The notes: a model not told the origin generated them from the letters alone. Shown: positions 23,481-37,342, numbered from the whole stretch's first letter. The stretch is DNA of 63,818 nucleotides, filler included, from Octopus bimaculoides (GCF_001194135.2; 5 parts of 5 records of this genome joined end to end with filler, not necessarily neighbours in it), one strand, 5' to 3'. Translations and numbers: made by a program.

Positions 23481-24267
23481 TCTTCTTTGCATAGCGTCCT
23501 GAATAGCGCAGTCTGTAAACATAATAAAATTGTTGTTACAGACACGTTCGATTCTGTAAGTTTGGTTTTTGAAAGGGCGCATGGGTTTGGTGTATTTTAA
23601 ATCTACAGCTTGCAATATTTTGTAACGTTGCATATATATATATTTTAAAACATTTTTTTTATTAATATCATGCAAATATTTTAGCGCGCATAGATGTTCT
23701 CAGGGAGAATAATCCCCGAGAGATGAATTTATTAATTATGAGCTGCTGGACAATGAATACCGTTTATAAGAGACACCAAATTTATTTCAAATTTTGTAAC
23801 ATTTTCTTGGCAAGGGTCGATAAAGTGAGCACTGGGGAAGATGTAGCCAATCTGCTCCCTCTTCCAAAATTGCCGGCATTGTGCCAAAATTTGAAACCAA
23901 TATTTATTGGAAAAATCTACATAAACCTACTTAAGGCGGTGCTCCAGCATGGCCGCAGTCAAATGACTGAAACAAGTAAAAGAGTAAAAGAGTATAAAGA
24001 AAACTACTTTCTCGTTATTGAATGCGTTTGCTTAATTTGTATTTAGAATACCCAAAAATTTGTAGTCAGCATCAAAAAGTGAAAGCTTCATTCAGCTACG
24101 TTCTAAAGAAAAAAAGAAATGGAACATGTCCGGTCAGCTATCCAAATCTCTATTTTAGAAACATTGTTTGAGTTAAGTTTGATGGATGGAGCCCTTGTAC
24201 ATTTCATAAAAATGTCAAAATAAGGTGGTCAATTGTTCGATTATTTTCAAATGTGTTAAAGTGATTA

Positions 24268-26299
24268 CACTGGTTTACAGAGAAATTGAGTCTGACATAA
24301 AAATAGTTGTTCTTGCCTAAATCTTAATAATTACGTTATTAAGATTTTGCGGCAATTCACGTAACTAATATATGCGATCAATTTTTATTTTGTTTTCCAG
24401 ATTTTTGTGATATGATACATATCTCTACAATAGATTGAGGCACTTCAAAACACCGAGGATGCATCAACAAGGCAAATTCATTTTCTACGTGTCTGCAGAT
24501 TTCACGACAGTTGCATAGCGCCGAACGATTACATCCTTCCTAAGAAGTGATTGCTTTCATTATTTTGACTGTAAAATTGGAGATCAGGACAAATCATGGG
24601 CCCCATACATCTGCTGTAAACCCTGCTGCAATAGACTAAGTGCATGGTTTAACGGCAAGAAAGCAGCCTTCAACCTTGCTGTCCTGATGGTCTGGAGAGA
24701 GCAACGAAGCCATGTAGGTGGTTGTTATTTTGGTCTAACATATAGAACAGGTTTCAATGCTTATTCTAGAATAAAGATCAAATATCCCAACCTTCCTTCA
24801 GATATGAGACCTGTCCCCAACTCGGATCATCTCCCTGTCCCTACACTCCCAGGAAATAAGAATCTTCTTCCTTCATCAGATTAAGAAATGTCTTCAGGGG
24901 AAGGTTCTACCTAGTCGATCTCTTCTGAGGTTAATGTCTCTGTTTATTCAGGAGTAAGTGGCAATGAGGCCTACTGGATCACGCAGGAAGACCTGAATGA
25001 CCGTGTTTGTGATTTGTAGCTATCTAAGCAGCAGTCAAAGCTCCTGGCATCCCGGCTTATGCAGTGGAACCTGGTCAAAGCAGATGTAAGTATCACCAGA
25101 ATTTTGCTTCATTCTTCGACATGGAAAATAGGTTTGCCACTTCACAAATATCTTCAGTTTGTTCACTTTCCTTGGTTTCCCACCAATCCCTCAGACTGGT
25201 GTCTTTTCATAGAGTCTTCCAAGTGAAGCCTGAAGGCTGTGCTCCAACGCAATGGCAATAAACACCCGCAAAGGAGTCGTATGACAATATGGAGCTCCCT
25301 TTTGGAACTTGCCAATTACAACCAGTACCAGTGGAGTCTCTGTAGGAGACTGAAGGTAATCGCATATGGGTATGTAAGCGGACTTCACAAGTACTGTTAC
25401 TTTCTCTATCTCTAAGACAGTTGGGTTGTGTCCAAGCACTACAAGCAGAAGGACTGGGGATCTAGGAGCACTTTCGTGTCTGGTAAAAATAGTGTCTAAG
25501 AAAATACTCTGGTGGACATGAGCAAGGTGCTTCTTCCTTCTTTTTATATCAAGCTTGGTTTAATGAAGAATTTCGCGAACGCCATGGACACAAATGGTGC
25601 TGCCTTCCAATACTTGTGCATACTGTTCCCAGCTCTCAGTTCTGCTAAGCTCAAGGAGGGCATCTTCGTCGGACCTCAGATCCGAGAGTTGCTGAAGGAT
25701 AAGGACTTTGAAGAGCTTCTTAACTGAAATCATGGGAAGTATTTAGCCTTGTGACGATATAGGATGCCGAATGCCACTCAGAATTTATTTTCTACACTCC
25801 AACCTCAAATTCTTCTCACCAAAGCTTGGAGCAGCGAGTGATGAGCATGGAAAAAAGGGTTTCACCGAGATATTATTAAGATAGTGTGTAACTAGAAAGG
25901 CAAGTAAAACCACAGCATGATGGAGGACTTTTGTTGGGTGCTCTTGCCTGACATCCTGGAGGCAAAGTACACAAGATCGTTAAAAAAAAAAACTCACTTC
26001 TGTTTGCTGTACTATGTTTTAAGTGTATTGTATTATCCAAATAATTTAGTTCCATCAATGCTCTGTATCTCTGCTGTTTTTGTTTCTGTAATATGCCTAT
26101 GTAACAGATGAAATAAACACATTATATTTTGAATTTATATGCAATATAATTAAAATGGGATATGTGAAAGCAAAAGAAACTAGAAGTGATAGAGCAAAAC
26201 TGTTCCGAAAATTGAATTCACCACATCAAAATTAGTAAAATAACACCTATTCACATCCTTGCCTTAGAGCAAAAAAAAAAAAAAAATTGTAAACCAGTG
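24268..26299 (+). mobile_element. Decayed Chapaev3-like DNA transposon (about 2.03 kb)
   Basis: Perfect 12-bp TIRs CACTGGTTTACA (24268) and TGTAAACCAGTG (ends 26299), flanked by TTA and CTA. Fragmented transposase: KIGDQDKSWAPYICCKPC, VWREQRSHVGGCYF, YPNLPSDMRPVP, LLPSFYIKLGLMKNF...GIFVGPQIRELL, SDEHG.RFH, MMEDFCW. It has several stops and frameshifts. The family name rests on recalled CAC..GTG termini, TWA TSD and these motifs. Confidence 0.75.
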
Positions 26300-26304
26300 C
26301 TATA

Positions 26305-27075
26305 GAGTGTTCCCAAGAGGGGATAACGGTGGTGTCTTCAAGTTTTCAATGTTGATTTTCCACTTGGAGTGTCGTATTTCTTGCTGATAGGCAATTGTGT
26401 TTGGAGAGTTAGTTCAGCTTTCATCATCCTTGGATAATTTATAAAACTATATTTCCATTTCTAGTTTATTTCAGTGGAATATTTGCTGCACGTTCGTTTT
26501 ATTTTATGAAAATCTTCTATCATACTTACTCTTACTTGAAGAATTTCTTTTGTTAGGTGCTAAAAGATTTGTTGTATATATGCCTGATATTGTTTAACTT
26601 GTATATTTAAGGTTATTTTCTTTTATTTTCCGGTTTGTGCATTTGATTATTCCTTTCCTGATTACAATATTTTCATAGTAAAAATATTGACAGCATTTTA
26701 GAGAGAAGAAGCACATTTGGTGCGAATTTTACTTTCCTATTTGACGTTATATGAACAACTTCTGTATTTGAGATTGTGTTTAGGGTTATGGTGTGAACAT
26801 CATTTCCTGTCAAGCTGTTATGACAATAGCATATAGGAAAATGTAATAAATAACAGTCTTTTGTTGTTTTTGCCATTATATACAAATGATATTAGTATAA
26901 TGTTTCCAGGATCACTACTGATCACAGAAGTCGTATTCAAGTAACGTTGCTCTGCAGTTGGCGATAAATATCATCATGTTGCTGGATGAAACCCGGATGC
27001 ACTGAAGTGGTGTGAGTAGAAATAGAATACGACAGTAAAGCCAATATCATAATAATCGAGAACTGTTTAATGATT
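26305..27075 (-). mobile_element. Highly degenerate RTE RT fragment abutting the Chapaev3-like element
   Basis: Frameshifted remnants FSIIMILALL (cf. FSI.FSAML), KWKYSFINYPRMMKAEL (cf. KWQDFIPN.EVL.KAE) and RHHRYPLLGTL (cf. HR.PK..LYGEL). A possible continuation FENNR lies left of 24268. Confidence 0.4.
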
Positions 27076-27229
27076 ATAATAGCGTAATTAATTAGCAACT
27101 GACCTTATGACGTGCGGTCAAACTTAATGCTTTTTGTGTTGGCAAGTGCAATTTCATATTTAACCAACCGCTTGTTCACAAGAAGAAAGAAGTGTGCGAT
27201 ATCTCGTATTTGACGTTTTCATATTCTCA

Positions 27230-27597
27230 CAGTAGCTTACTTACCAACCACATGGTTCCGGGTTCAGTCCCACTGCGTAGCAACTTCGGCAAGTGTCTTC
27301 TACTATAGCGTCGGGCCGACCAAAGCCATGTGAGTGGATTTGGTAGACAGAAAGTGAAAGAAGCCCGTGATATATAAGTATATGTATATATGTGTGTGTG
27401 CGCGTGTTTGTCTATCTTTCTTTGTCCCCATAACATCGGTTGACATTCGATGCGGTTCGGCAAAAGAGTCCGATAGAATAAGTACTAGGCTTACAAAAAA
27501 TAAGTCCTGGTGTCGATTTGCTCGACTAAACGTGGTGTTCCAGCATGGCCGCAGTCAAATTACTGAAACAAATAAAAGAATAAAAGAGTAAAGATAT
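27230..27597 (+). mobile_element. tRNA-derived SINE, family 1 (near full length)
   Basis: Same head, body and tail as 5455-5820, ending in taaaagaa/taaaagag repeats. Confidence 0.8.
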
Positions 27598-27869
27598 ATA
27601 TATATATTGGGGGGTGGGGGTTACAACAGAAGATAGTTTTTTTTTGTTTTTTGTTTTTTGGGTTGAGGGTTTGGAGACAATGGAAGATGTATAAGCAGAT
27701 AGATAGACAGATATGTTTCTTTATTAGCCACACAGGGCTCAACACAGAGGGGACAAAATACAAATGTAGNNNNNNNNNNNNNNNNNNNNNNNNNNNNNNN
27801 NNNNNNNNNNNNNTTAATTAATTAANNNNNNNNNNNNNNNNNNNNNNNNNNNNNNNNNNNNNNNNNNNN

Positions 27870-27913
<44 letters not shown>

Positions 27914-28069
27914 ATTTATTTATTCCTTGGACATTTACTCCTACTTCTCTTTTTCCTCTGTCTCTATGCTCTTCTCAAACTTATTGCCTGCTATAATGAC
28001 TGGTGGGCGTACTTGTCCGACACTCTCAGTGTCTATTACAGTATCTACTATTATTATTATTAGTAGTAG

Positions 28070-28572
28070 TAGTATTGAGTGAGAGAGCAGTGCATGCCAT
28101 CAAAGTGACACTGGAGTAAAATATACGAAGCCCCGGTATACCCAACATGACTACCTGCCTGATAAGAGTGCACCAGGCACATGCATCACAACCATATGTG
28201 CACGACATTGTGGCCTTATATCAAGATAAACAGCACATGACCTTTCAGTTGAGGCCCAGTTAGAATTTTCTTCAAGTTGAATAGCCTCTCATACTTAAAA
28301 TCTTCATAAATAAGGGTCGTTTAAGGATGATGAATGAAACACCTATGTTTCCAAAGAATTTCTCTCAGAACATGCCTACGATGCTCCCCGTTCGTGATCA
28401 GAGAGGCACGTATTGTCAGCCACTAGGGGACATACTGCACTGGTTAAAGTCAATAGGAGAATAGTTACTGCAACCCATCTTTTACACCAAGACAAATCGT
28501 ATACATAAAACGCTACCAATTGATTAAGATCAAAAGCCATGAGAGCCACTGCCTGATGTTGCATCAGGACAG
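28070..28572 (-). mobile_element. Longer (~500 bp) copy of the microsatellite-flanked repeat
   Basis: Reverse complement begins ctgatgcaacatcaggcagtggctctcatggc and ends gcactgctctctcactcaatactactac. It lies between (TAG)n/(CAG)n and (TAT)/(TAG) tracts. Confidence 0.7.
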
Positions 28573-28573
28573 T

Positions 28574-28664
<91 letters not shown>

Positions 28665-28690
28665 TTAGTAGTAGTAGTAGTAGTAGTAGC
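28572..28690. repeat. (CAG)n grading into (TAG)n microsatellite
   Basis: agcagcagcagcagcag followed by about 33 tag units. Confidence 0.95.
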
Positions 28691-29308
28691 AACGGTATCA
28701 CGTTGAATCTGTCGGTCATAGCTGCTCGCTTTTTGGTTTAGTCCTGCTTCAGCATGGTGAATTAAAAGACCCATTATCGAAGACGTTGTCGCTATAAGCT
28801 TTGCATCTTTTTTGAGACGTAATGTTTGAAACACTATATCATTGAATCTGTCCTTTCATATTAGCAAGGAATATTGCATATGTGTGTCAGTTTGATTGCT
28901 ATTTCTAGCAAATCAGACTGACAACTTACACGTCCTCCTGCAGACTCGTAGCATCATGTTTTCTTTATAAAATTTACTTCCATCTTTTTTTCCTTTTACT
29001 TTTTGTAATTTCTCCAAATCACTTCTAATTTAGACTTCTGTTGTGTATAATATGGAACTAATGGATGAAGAATTCTTCAATGTTCCTTAGTCTTTAAGTA
29101 CAAAGATCACATTTTGTCATAAACTCTCAATTTAGTTTAAAAAAAAAACATGTTAGATTTCTTAATAAATAATTTATTAGTTTCGTGTATTTCGTAAAAT
29201 CTTTTCTTGAGTTAATGAGAAAAAGTACAAAGCAAGGATTGTATCGTTTCCAAAATAATAATAAAAATGAGAAAATGAGAAAAAGTCATATTACTATTAT
29301 CATCATCA

Positions 29309-29367
<59 letters not shown>

Positions 29368-29737
29368 GCAATGTGACTTTTGACATTTTGCAAAGGAAAT
29401 AAATCTGAATATTTTTGAATATCTCGAAAAAACTTCCAAGTAAAAGACTACAGGATGCCAATTTTTATTCATATTTTTCTAAGAAGTTTTAATCATTTCC
29501 GTTTTTATTTCCGACGAGTCAGTTTAAAGTCTTATCCTTGCATATGGTTCCTTTTTATTATGTCTTCAATTTTTCATGTTCTCTAATAGTCCGTATAAAT
29601 TCTTTGAAACCAGCATTGCTCTTCTCTCTCTAAATCTATCTCCGTATGCATATATATATGTATGCTTGTATATATATATATATATACATATATATGTATA
29701 TTTGTATATATATTTATATGTATATATATGTATGCTT

Positions 29738-29794
<57 letters not shown>

Positions 29795-30254
29795 TGGATA
29801 TATACATCAAGGGATATTTTCACATATGTACTTATGTGTTTGCGCGTGTATGTGTGTGTATAAATATATATAAAAGTAGATAGATATATGTGTATAAACA
29901 TTTGCACATCTATATCTCTTAACTATATACATACATATATACACACACATATACATGCACACACACGCTGTCTAAAAACGTGTCATTCCGATTGTTTCTA
30001 CAACGTGTTCGCTGAATCGATATCGTAGTGCCAAATAATAAATTAAAGAATATAGTATAAATATCTTTCTGTCTGTTATGTACCAAATTTCAAAGAAATC
30101 CAGTTCGAAGGAACCAAATTCAACGAAGATAATACATTATGTGTGTGTGTGTGTGTATCTTTATATATATGTTTGTGTGTGCGTGTATATATATATATAT
30201 ATATTGTGTGTGTGCGTGTATATAACCCACAATTAATATCAGTCAGTTTCAAAC

Positions 30255-30430
30255 TCCAGCAAGAGATCAGCAATTGCATCGACCCCAGTGTTCAACAGGT
30301 ACTTATTTTATCGACACCGGAGGGACGAAAGGCTAAGTCGACCTCGGCGATATTTGAACCCAGAACGTAAAGACGAACGAAATGTTGGTAAGCATTCTGC
30401 CTGACGTCCTAACGATTCTGCCAGTTTGTA
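30255..30430 (-). mobile_element. Family-2 SINE copy
   Basis: atcgaccccagtgttcaacaggtacttattttatcgacaccggagggacgaaaggctaagtcgacctcggcg...aacgattctgccag. Confidence 0.75.
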
Positions 30431-31070
30431 GCCTTGGCCCACAATAAATCTCATGAATGAATTAACCCTATGACTTAATATCTGCCTATTTGTTTCATCC
30501 ATAGGATTGGATACCGAGGAGGACATGACACGTGGTTTTGGTTATGATGGTAGAAATGTGACCTCATACATATATACATGTGATCTTAATTTACATTTTC
30601 AGATGCTTTGAAAGATGTATTTGCTTTTCCTTTCGTTTTTGTATATTTTAAGGATAAATATATCAGCTGTAAACAAATATTAACTCAGCAGTGAGACGCC
30701 TATGTTAATTATGTGTAAAAGTGCGAAAATATTAATATTCTACTATGAAAGAATATCATTTTAGAAACCCTTACTGATTGCGAATATGTATGAATATTTT
30801 GATTATATAGGAGACATTCAAAGGGAAGACGAGCGGATAAATCTGGGATAGGAATATATACAGCTATATGTGTGTGAAATATTATATAAACAACAGAATA
30901 TCAAGACACACTTCTTTCTCTCTCTCATCATATATATATATATATATATATATANNNNNNNNNNNNNNNNNNNNNNTATATATATTACCTACCTGATAAT
31001 CTATCTCTATTTCCATCTTTCTCTGCTCTCTGTGTGTATATGCGAGTGTGTGTCTATCTGTTTGATTATC

Positions 31071-31114
<44 letters not shown>

Positions 31115-31989
31115 GAATCTCATATTTCGTACAGTGTTTTTAAACATCAGCTGACACAAAATGGCCATTGAGATGGACTTGTTTCTCACAAACAAACTGC
31201 TTACCCAACCATTATGATTGCGACTATTCTCGTTCATTGATTATTTCTAATTTATTACATCCTATTTTCATATATGTTCAGATTTAAATTTAGTCCATTC
31301 CGACTAGTATGAATTCCGACAAATATGCAAAAGTTCACAGTGTCCTATTGTCTTAGAACAGTGTAACAGTAGAAAAATGAATCTATTTCAAATTTTGAAT
31401 ATTTATGGCGCCATCTTGATAAAGCAATTACAATTTTGAAGCATGAATACAAAAATATTCTTTTTCAAATCAAAGAATATAGACAAAACTCTACCGATGC
31501 ATCATGGTTTGCATCTTATTATTATCTATTGAGATGTTGGTTTCACCTACTACGTGCCCAATGCGAAATTGTGCAGCATGAATATATCTTAAATATATGC
31601 AGCATAGATTGGCTGGAATAAATTAGGTGTATGAGTGCCAACACTACTGAAACATCTCAAAGACATTAAAAATAGCTTGGCACACAATGTGTTGTGTATG
31701 AAAATATCCGTAATAGCGTTTTGTAAGAGAAACAAGTGTAGGAATGGTAGCATTTATTTCAAAGTAATACAATGAATGCTACACTGGATTTCGACAAAGA
31801 CAAATATATAAAAGTAAGATATCTCTATTGAAATTTTTATGTTTCTATGTTTGTTTTATCTATTTTAATAGAAATGATATTGTTGGCTGTTGAGGAACAA
31901 GTTACTGGACTGAATAAATAACATTGGACATATCCTGGTTTATTAAGTTAGCACTTTCCGTGAATAAATGTAAAATGCCTCTTCTTCCT

Positions 31990-32400
31990 GCCAAACTTTG
32001 TCTAGCTGAGGGTCGCAGATGTCAAGTAGAATAACACTTATTTGCCAAATATGAGAATCCATGCGATATAGCCATGTCTCCGTTGCATTTACATTAAAAG
32101 ATATTTAACAAGCGTTTCTTATAAAACCATAAGCATCATTCGAGTGAAGGTGGTATGAACCTGATCAAATGTGAGTAGTAGAGGCCAACGATGTATCTGT
32201 ACAAAACAGAGAGAGATGACAGCTCCCAATGAGCCAAAGGTTGGACCGTGTCTTTCAGTGACTTTATGTCAGTCAGTTTGGCGGTTCCATTTTTAGATGA
32301 GATGCAGCCCTGCACGTCCTTGAGTGAATCAACAGCAGCATCACTTAACATGGAAGATAGATACTTCATTATGGGCCACTCTATCAAGTGACAATAATTA
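31990..32400 (-). mobile_element. CR1/L2-group LINE C-terminal remnant
   Basis: PIMKYLSSMLSDAA...VQPLAHWELSSLSVLYRYIVGLYYSHLIRFIPP aligns by eye to the CR1-type P.MEY...VW.GA...L.PLAHRR.VASLSLFYRY..G.CSSEL..LVP. Confidence 0.5.
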
Positions 32401-32479
32401 TAATATCTTCATATCCTGTAGTGGATCAGTCACTTTAAAATCTGATGTATCTAATATATCATGTTCTAAAAATGTATCG

Positions 32480-32522
<43 letters not shown>

Positions 32523-32532
32523 TTATCTATCC

Positions 32533-32588
<56 letters not shown>

Positions 32589-32610
32589 GTCAGTCTGTCT
32601 GTCTGTCTGT
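32480..32610. repeat. (TATC)n(TGTC)n tetranucleotide microsatellite; similar arrays at 33975-34108, 34161-34187 and 43330-43425
   Basis: Direct reading. Confidence 0.95.
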
Positions 32611-33854
32611 TTGCCTTTTCCACTCTTTTACATTTTCAAGTCTTTAGCTTTCTATTAAGCATAAATCAGCAGGGTTGGTAACCTTGTGAGTAAATCAATG
32701 TGACATTTGATATTTTCCATGTCAACTTTTCCCTTTATGAAACACCACACAGATTGATTTAATTTTTCATCTATAAACCACATGTTCCTCTCTTTCAAAT
32801 TCCAAGTAATTGCACTAAAGTAATTATTCTTTTGTATTTTATACTAACTCATTCCAATTTATACAAGTGGAGTAAATATTAGTTTATAATTTTAATTCTC
32901 AATGATCTGATATGAAAAACTCATCAACTTAGCTTCTCGTCCTTTCAGCATAGATAAACACACAATGCACGCTCCAGCGCGCGCACACACACATATATAC
33001 ACACATGCAAGCATGTAAGTGTCTGCGCGTGTGTGTATGTGTGTGCATGTGTGGTTGGGAGTAGGAAGAATTTGTTTATTTTATCATGTATTTTGTTGAC
33101 ATCCGATTGTGATGACTTGGTCAACATTTAATCATAGATTTGTTCCATCAAGGCTGTCAAATTGCTTTAGAAAAAAAATACACAGCAATATCGAGAAAAA
33201 TACCACACGTTAAAACCTAAAGCCATCCATATATCTCCTGCTGTCAACATTGCAACTAATCGAGACTGGAATCACTACAACTAACAACCACACCAAAACC
33301 AATACTAATGCAAACTCCATAACAACTATCATTATAATCAAAGCCTTCAAAGCTACACAAACATTACTTTTATTACCACCAACATTACCACCAAACAAAG
33401 AATTCATTCATATCCAGGCGATAATTTAACTGATGCTTCACTAATTTTCTAGTCTCGCCAACTGATTTACAACAATTGAAAATATTTCTACGGATTAGTT
33501 AGTAATATATCAGCCATTTTAACAGAGGCAGTGTAGACACTGCAGGTGGACGGCTTTGTTTAATGTCTTCTGTCAATTTTCTCGATTTATTTATCAGATG
33601 TTTATAATTGCTATCTGCGCTCTGCTATCCCCTACGCACACGTAAACACATGCTCACGCGCAAACACACACATACGTATATATCTATATATATACATATA
33701 TATGTGTGAGTTTGTGTGTATACATATATACACACGTATGTATATATGTGTGTGTGTGAGAGAGAGTGTATTGATAGCTACATGGATAGATATACATACA
33801 TCTATATGTATGTGTCTATATATTTGCCTTTATCTTTTATCTTTTATTTGTTCC

Positions 33855-33950
33855 AGCCATTTGAATGCGGCCATGCTAGAGCACCACCTTGAAGGCTTTA
33901 AGTCGAACAAATCGACCCCAGGAGTTGCTTTTTTAAGCTTGGTACTTATT
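33855..33950 (-). mobile_element. Family-1 SINE 3' fragment
   Basis: cagccatttgaatgcggccatgctagagcaccacc...aaatcgaccccagga...ggtacttattct. Confidence 0.65.
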
Positions 33951-33972
33951 CTCTCTCTCTCTCTCTCTCTCT

Positions 33973-34111
<139 letters not shown>

Positions 34112-34886
34112 ATACATACATGCATGCATACATAAATACATACATATATATATATATAGGTAGATAGATAGATAGATAGATAGATAGNNNNNNNNNNNNN
34201 NNNNNNNNNNNNNNNNNNNNNNNNNNNNNNNNNNNNNNNNNNNNNNNNNNNNNNNNNNNNNNNNNNNNNNNNNNNNNNNNNNNNNNNNNNNNNNNNNNNN
34301 NNNNNNNNNNNNNNNNNNNNNNNNNNNNNNNNNNNNNNNNNNNNNNNNNNNNNNNNNNNNNNNNNNNNNNNNNNNNNNNNNNNNNNNNNNNNNNNNNNNN
34401 NNNNNNNNNNNNNNNNNNNNNNNNNNNNNNNNNNNNNNNNNNNNNNNNNNNNNNNNNNNNNNNNNNNNNNNNNNNNNNNNNNNNNNNNNNNNNNNNNNNN
34501 NNNNNNNNNNNNNNNNNNNNNNNNNNNNNNNNNNNNNNNNNNNNNNNNNNNNNNNNNNNNNNNNNNNNNNNNNNNNNNNNNNNNNNNNNNNNNNNNNNNN
34601 NNNNNNNNNNNNNNNNNNNNNNNNNNNNNNNNNNNNNNNNNNNNNNNNNNNNNNNNNNNNNNNNNNNNNNNNNNNNNNNNNNNNNNNNNNNNNNNNNNNN
34701 NNNNNNNNNNNNNNNNNNNNNNNNNNNNNNNNNNNNNNNNNNNNNNNNNNNNNNNNNNNNNNNNNNNNNNNNNNNNNNNNNNNNNNNNNNNNNNNNNNNN
34801 NNNNNNNNNNNNNNNNNNNNNNNNNNNNNNNNNNNNNNNNNNNNNNNNNNNNNNNNNNNNNNNNNNNNNNNNNNNNNNNNNNNNNN

Positions 34887-34941
<55 letters not shown>

Positions 34942-35387
34942 CACACAGGTATATATCTTTATATACATATGAAATGACTGCGTCTATATACGCATATATC
35001 TATATACTTGTATGTTTGCAAATTATAAATTATTTGAATTTTTCCTCGAGGAAGAAGCTAGTTTCTACGAAAGATACGGAACTCCATTGTTGGAATGCAA
35101 ATAACGAAAGCAATGTCACATTTTAAACTTGAGAAAAATCTTGAATATCTTTACTGTTCCACTTACTGATTGTATCTGTAATGTGTGAGTTAGTTAGTTG
35201 ATTTCTTTTTCTGATAATCCAAGCTTATCGAAGCTGTCAGTTTGGCAATTACTTATAAAACCAAGAGCACAAATTATCCCCTTCCTGTATGTAAGAAGTA
35301 TGTATCTCTGTATATATATATACACATGCACGCAAGTTTATATATATATATATATAAAGCAACAGATGGATAATGGTTCCTTCCCTA

Positions 35388-36171
35388 CAGCTGTTTCCAA
35401 CGCATTTTCTATTAATGAATAGAGATACTACATCATGTGAAAAAAATCACAAGTGAATATACATGAATAACACATTTGAAACGTTCCAAAAGTCACCTGA
35501 CTAGTAATAGTCAAAATAATAAATTCGCTTGCTTAGTTTAGTAGTTAATATAAGAAAACACATTACAGTAACAGGAAGGTGAGAGGAGAGCATTTATAGT
35601 AGAAGGAAGATTAGAGGAAAGGGTATAATATTCAGCACAATTTCTAAAAGACAAGGTCATTATGTTTAATTTATAATCTTTAAAACAATGGACGACAGAG
35701 ATCTAGACAAATGACCTTAAAAGATAATGAGAGGTGAGTGGGGAGGATACAAAATAAACTGGGAGAGACCCTGATATCATGTTCCGACTTCTGAGATAAG
35801 GCTTATTCATTTTATTTATATTTTTATTCCTTGAATAACTTGCTATACGACCTGTCTTCGAAAATAAGGTCATTCTTACAATTTTATTTTTTATTCCCCT
35901 AATTGTTGTCCGACCCGTTTCAGGCTCCAAAAGGTTCTTTCTTCTTGTCATTGTAATGCTTTTTTTTCCTGTATTAACTACTAACCTAAGAAGGCGAATT
36001 CATTCTTCTGACTATCACTAGTCGGGGAATCATGAAGTGACACAAATTGGTAACTTTTGGAATGTTTTAAATGCGTAATTCGTGGATATTCACCTGATGA
36101 AAACGTTTTTTTTTTTTCACATGATATACTATCTCTGCTCATCGATTGAAAAAAATCGTTGGAAACAGCTG
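35388..36171. mobile_element. Long-TIR foldback MITE, Tc1/mariner-like (784 bp)
   Basis: TA|CAGCTGTTTCCAACG at 35388 and CGTTGGAAACAGCTG|TA ending 36171. Imperfect inverted similarity continues inward for at least ~200 bp (e.g. gcgaatt, gactagt, attaactactaa, cattacag/ctgtaatg). Confidence 0.75.
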
Positions 36172-37258
36172 TAGTGAATGAACACTTATTCAGCTGTTGT
36201 TATCTATTTATTATTTACTTTATTCGGAACCAGCTATTTGCGTGGATCCAGGGTCTATTAAATGCAGTACAACTGGTGCAGTGTGTGTTCCTAAATACAG
36301 CCTTGAGATTCATTATATACGCAGTCGTGTGCGGTTAATCGTATATACAACCGGAATAGGGATCTGTCTATACGTCGGTAAACAGGTATTTGTTCCTATG
36401 CTTTCGTAATATACACGATTCCCTTGACTGAACACAACCCAGTGTATGTATGCATGTATGTATGTATATATGTATGTATGCATGCATGTATGTATGTATG
36501 TACTTATGGATGGGTGGATGTATATCTGTGTATGTATGTATGTATGTATGTATATGTATATACGCATGTATGTATGCCCATAGATGGTGTGCGGAGGTCG
36601 TTCTGAAATGATTTGGTTTTTGCGCTTTTTATCTATAGCAAGAACCGTTTCCCATGGAAAACGCAGTCAATCTGGTCTTTTTACGGGTGAAATATGTCTC
36701 AAACATACTTCAAGTTATCTAAAAGCTTTAAGTATATTGTTATTATTACATCGTTTTGTAGGTATAAAATCTCAAGTGACAGTTCTTTGCCGTGTGACTA
36801 TTTTACGTATGGTCATTACTCTTAAAAGAGCAAACAGGTTTATCAGCTTCTATTCATGTAACGGACCAGAAGTCAATAATTTCTTCCTCAAAGTCACAGC
36901 ATGTCGGAGTGTTTTTACTATAATTTACCGTTCCGTAAAGATCGATATTCCTGTACGCATTCATAACATTTTATCAAACGTATTTATCAACAAGCCTTAC
37001 TATAAGTCGCTCATTAATTCAATTAGATGCTGATGTCATACATAGATAGAAAGAGATCAATTGAATGTATAGAAATTAAATTAACTTTTCCTAACATTCA
37101 AATGGATATCTTATTAGGAATATTCTTATCGTGTTTACTCACTTGATTTCTCTATTCAATTTTTATATTGTCATTTCTTTTATTTATATTTCACATTAGT
37201 TCAACAGAAGAAGGTTTAATATCTAAGATATACAAATCCAAAATCTGATTATTATCAC

Positions 37259-37342
<84 letters not shown>

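Noticed and set aside
32136-32387. 83-aa minus ORF as a host-gene exon
   Set aside because: It aligns by eye to the CR1/L2-type LINE C-terminus, so it is annotated as a LINE remnant.
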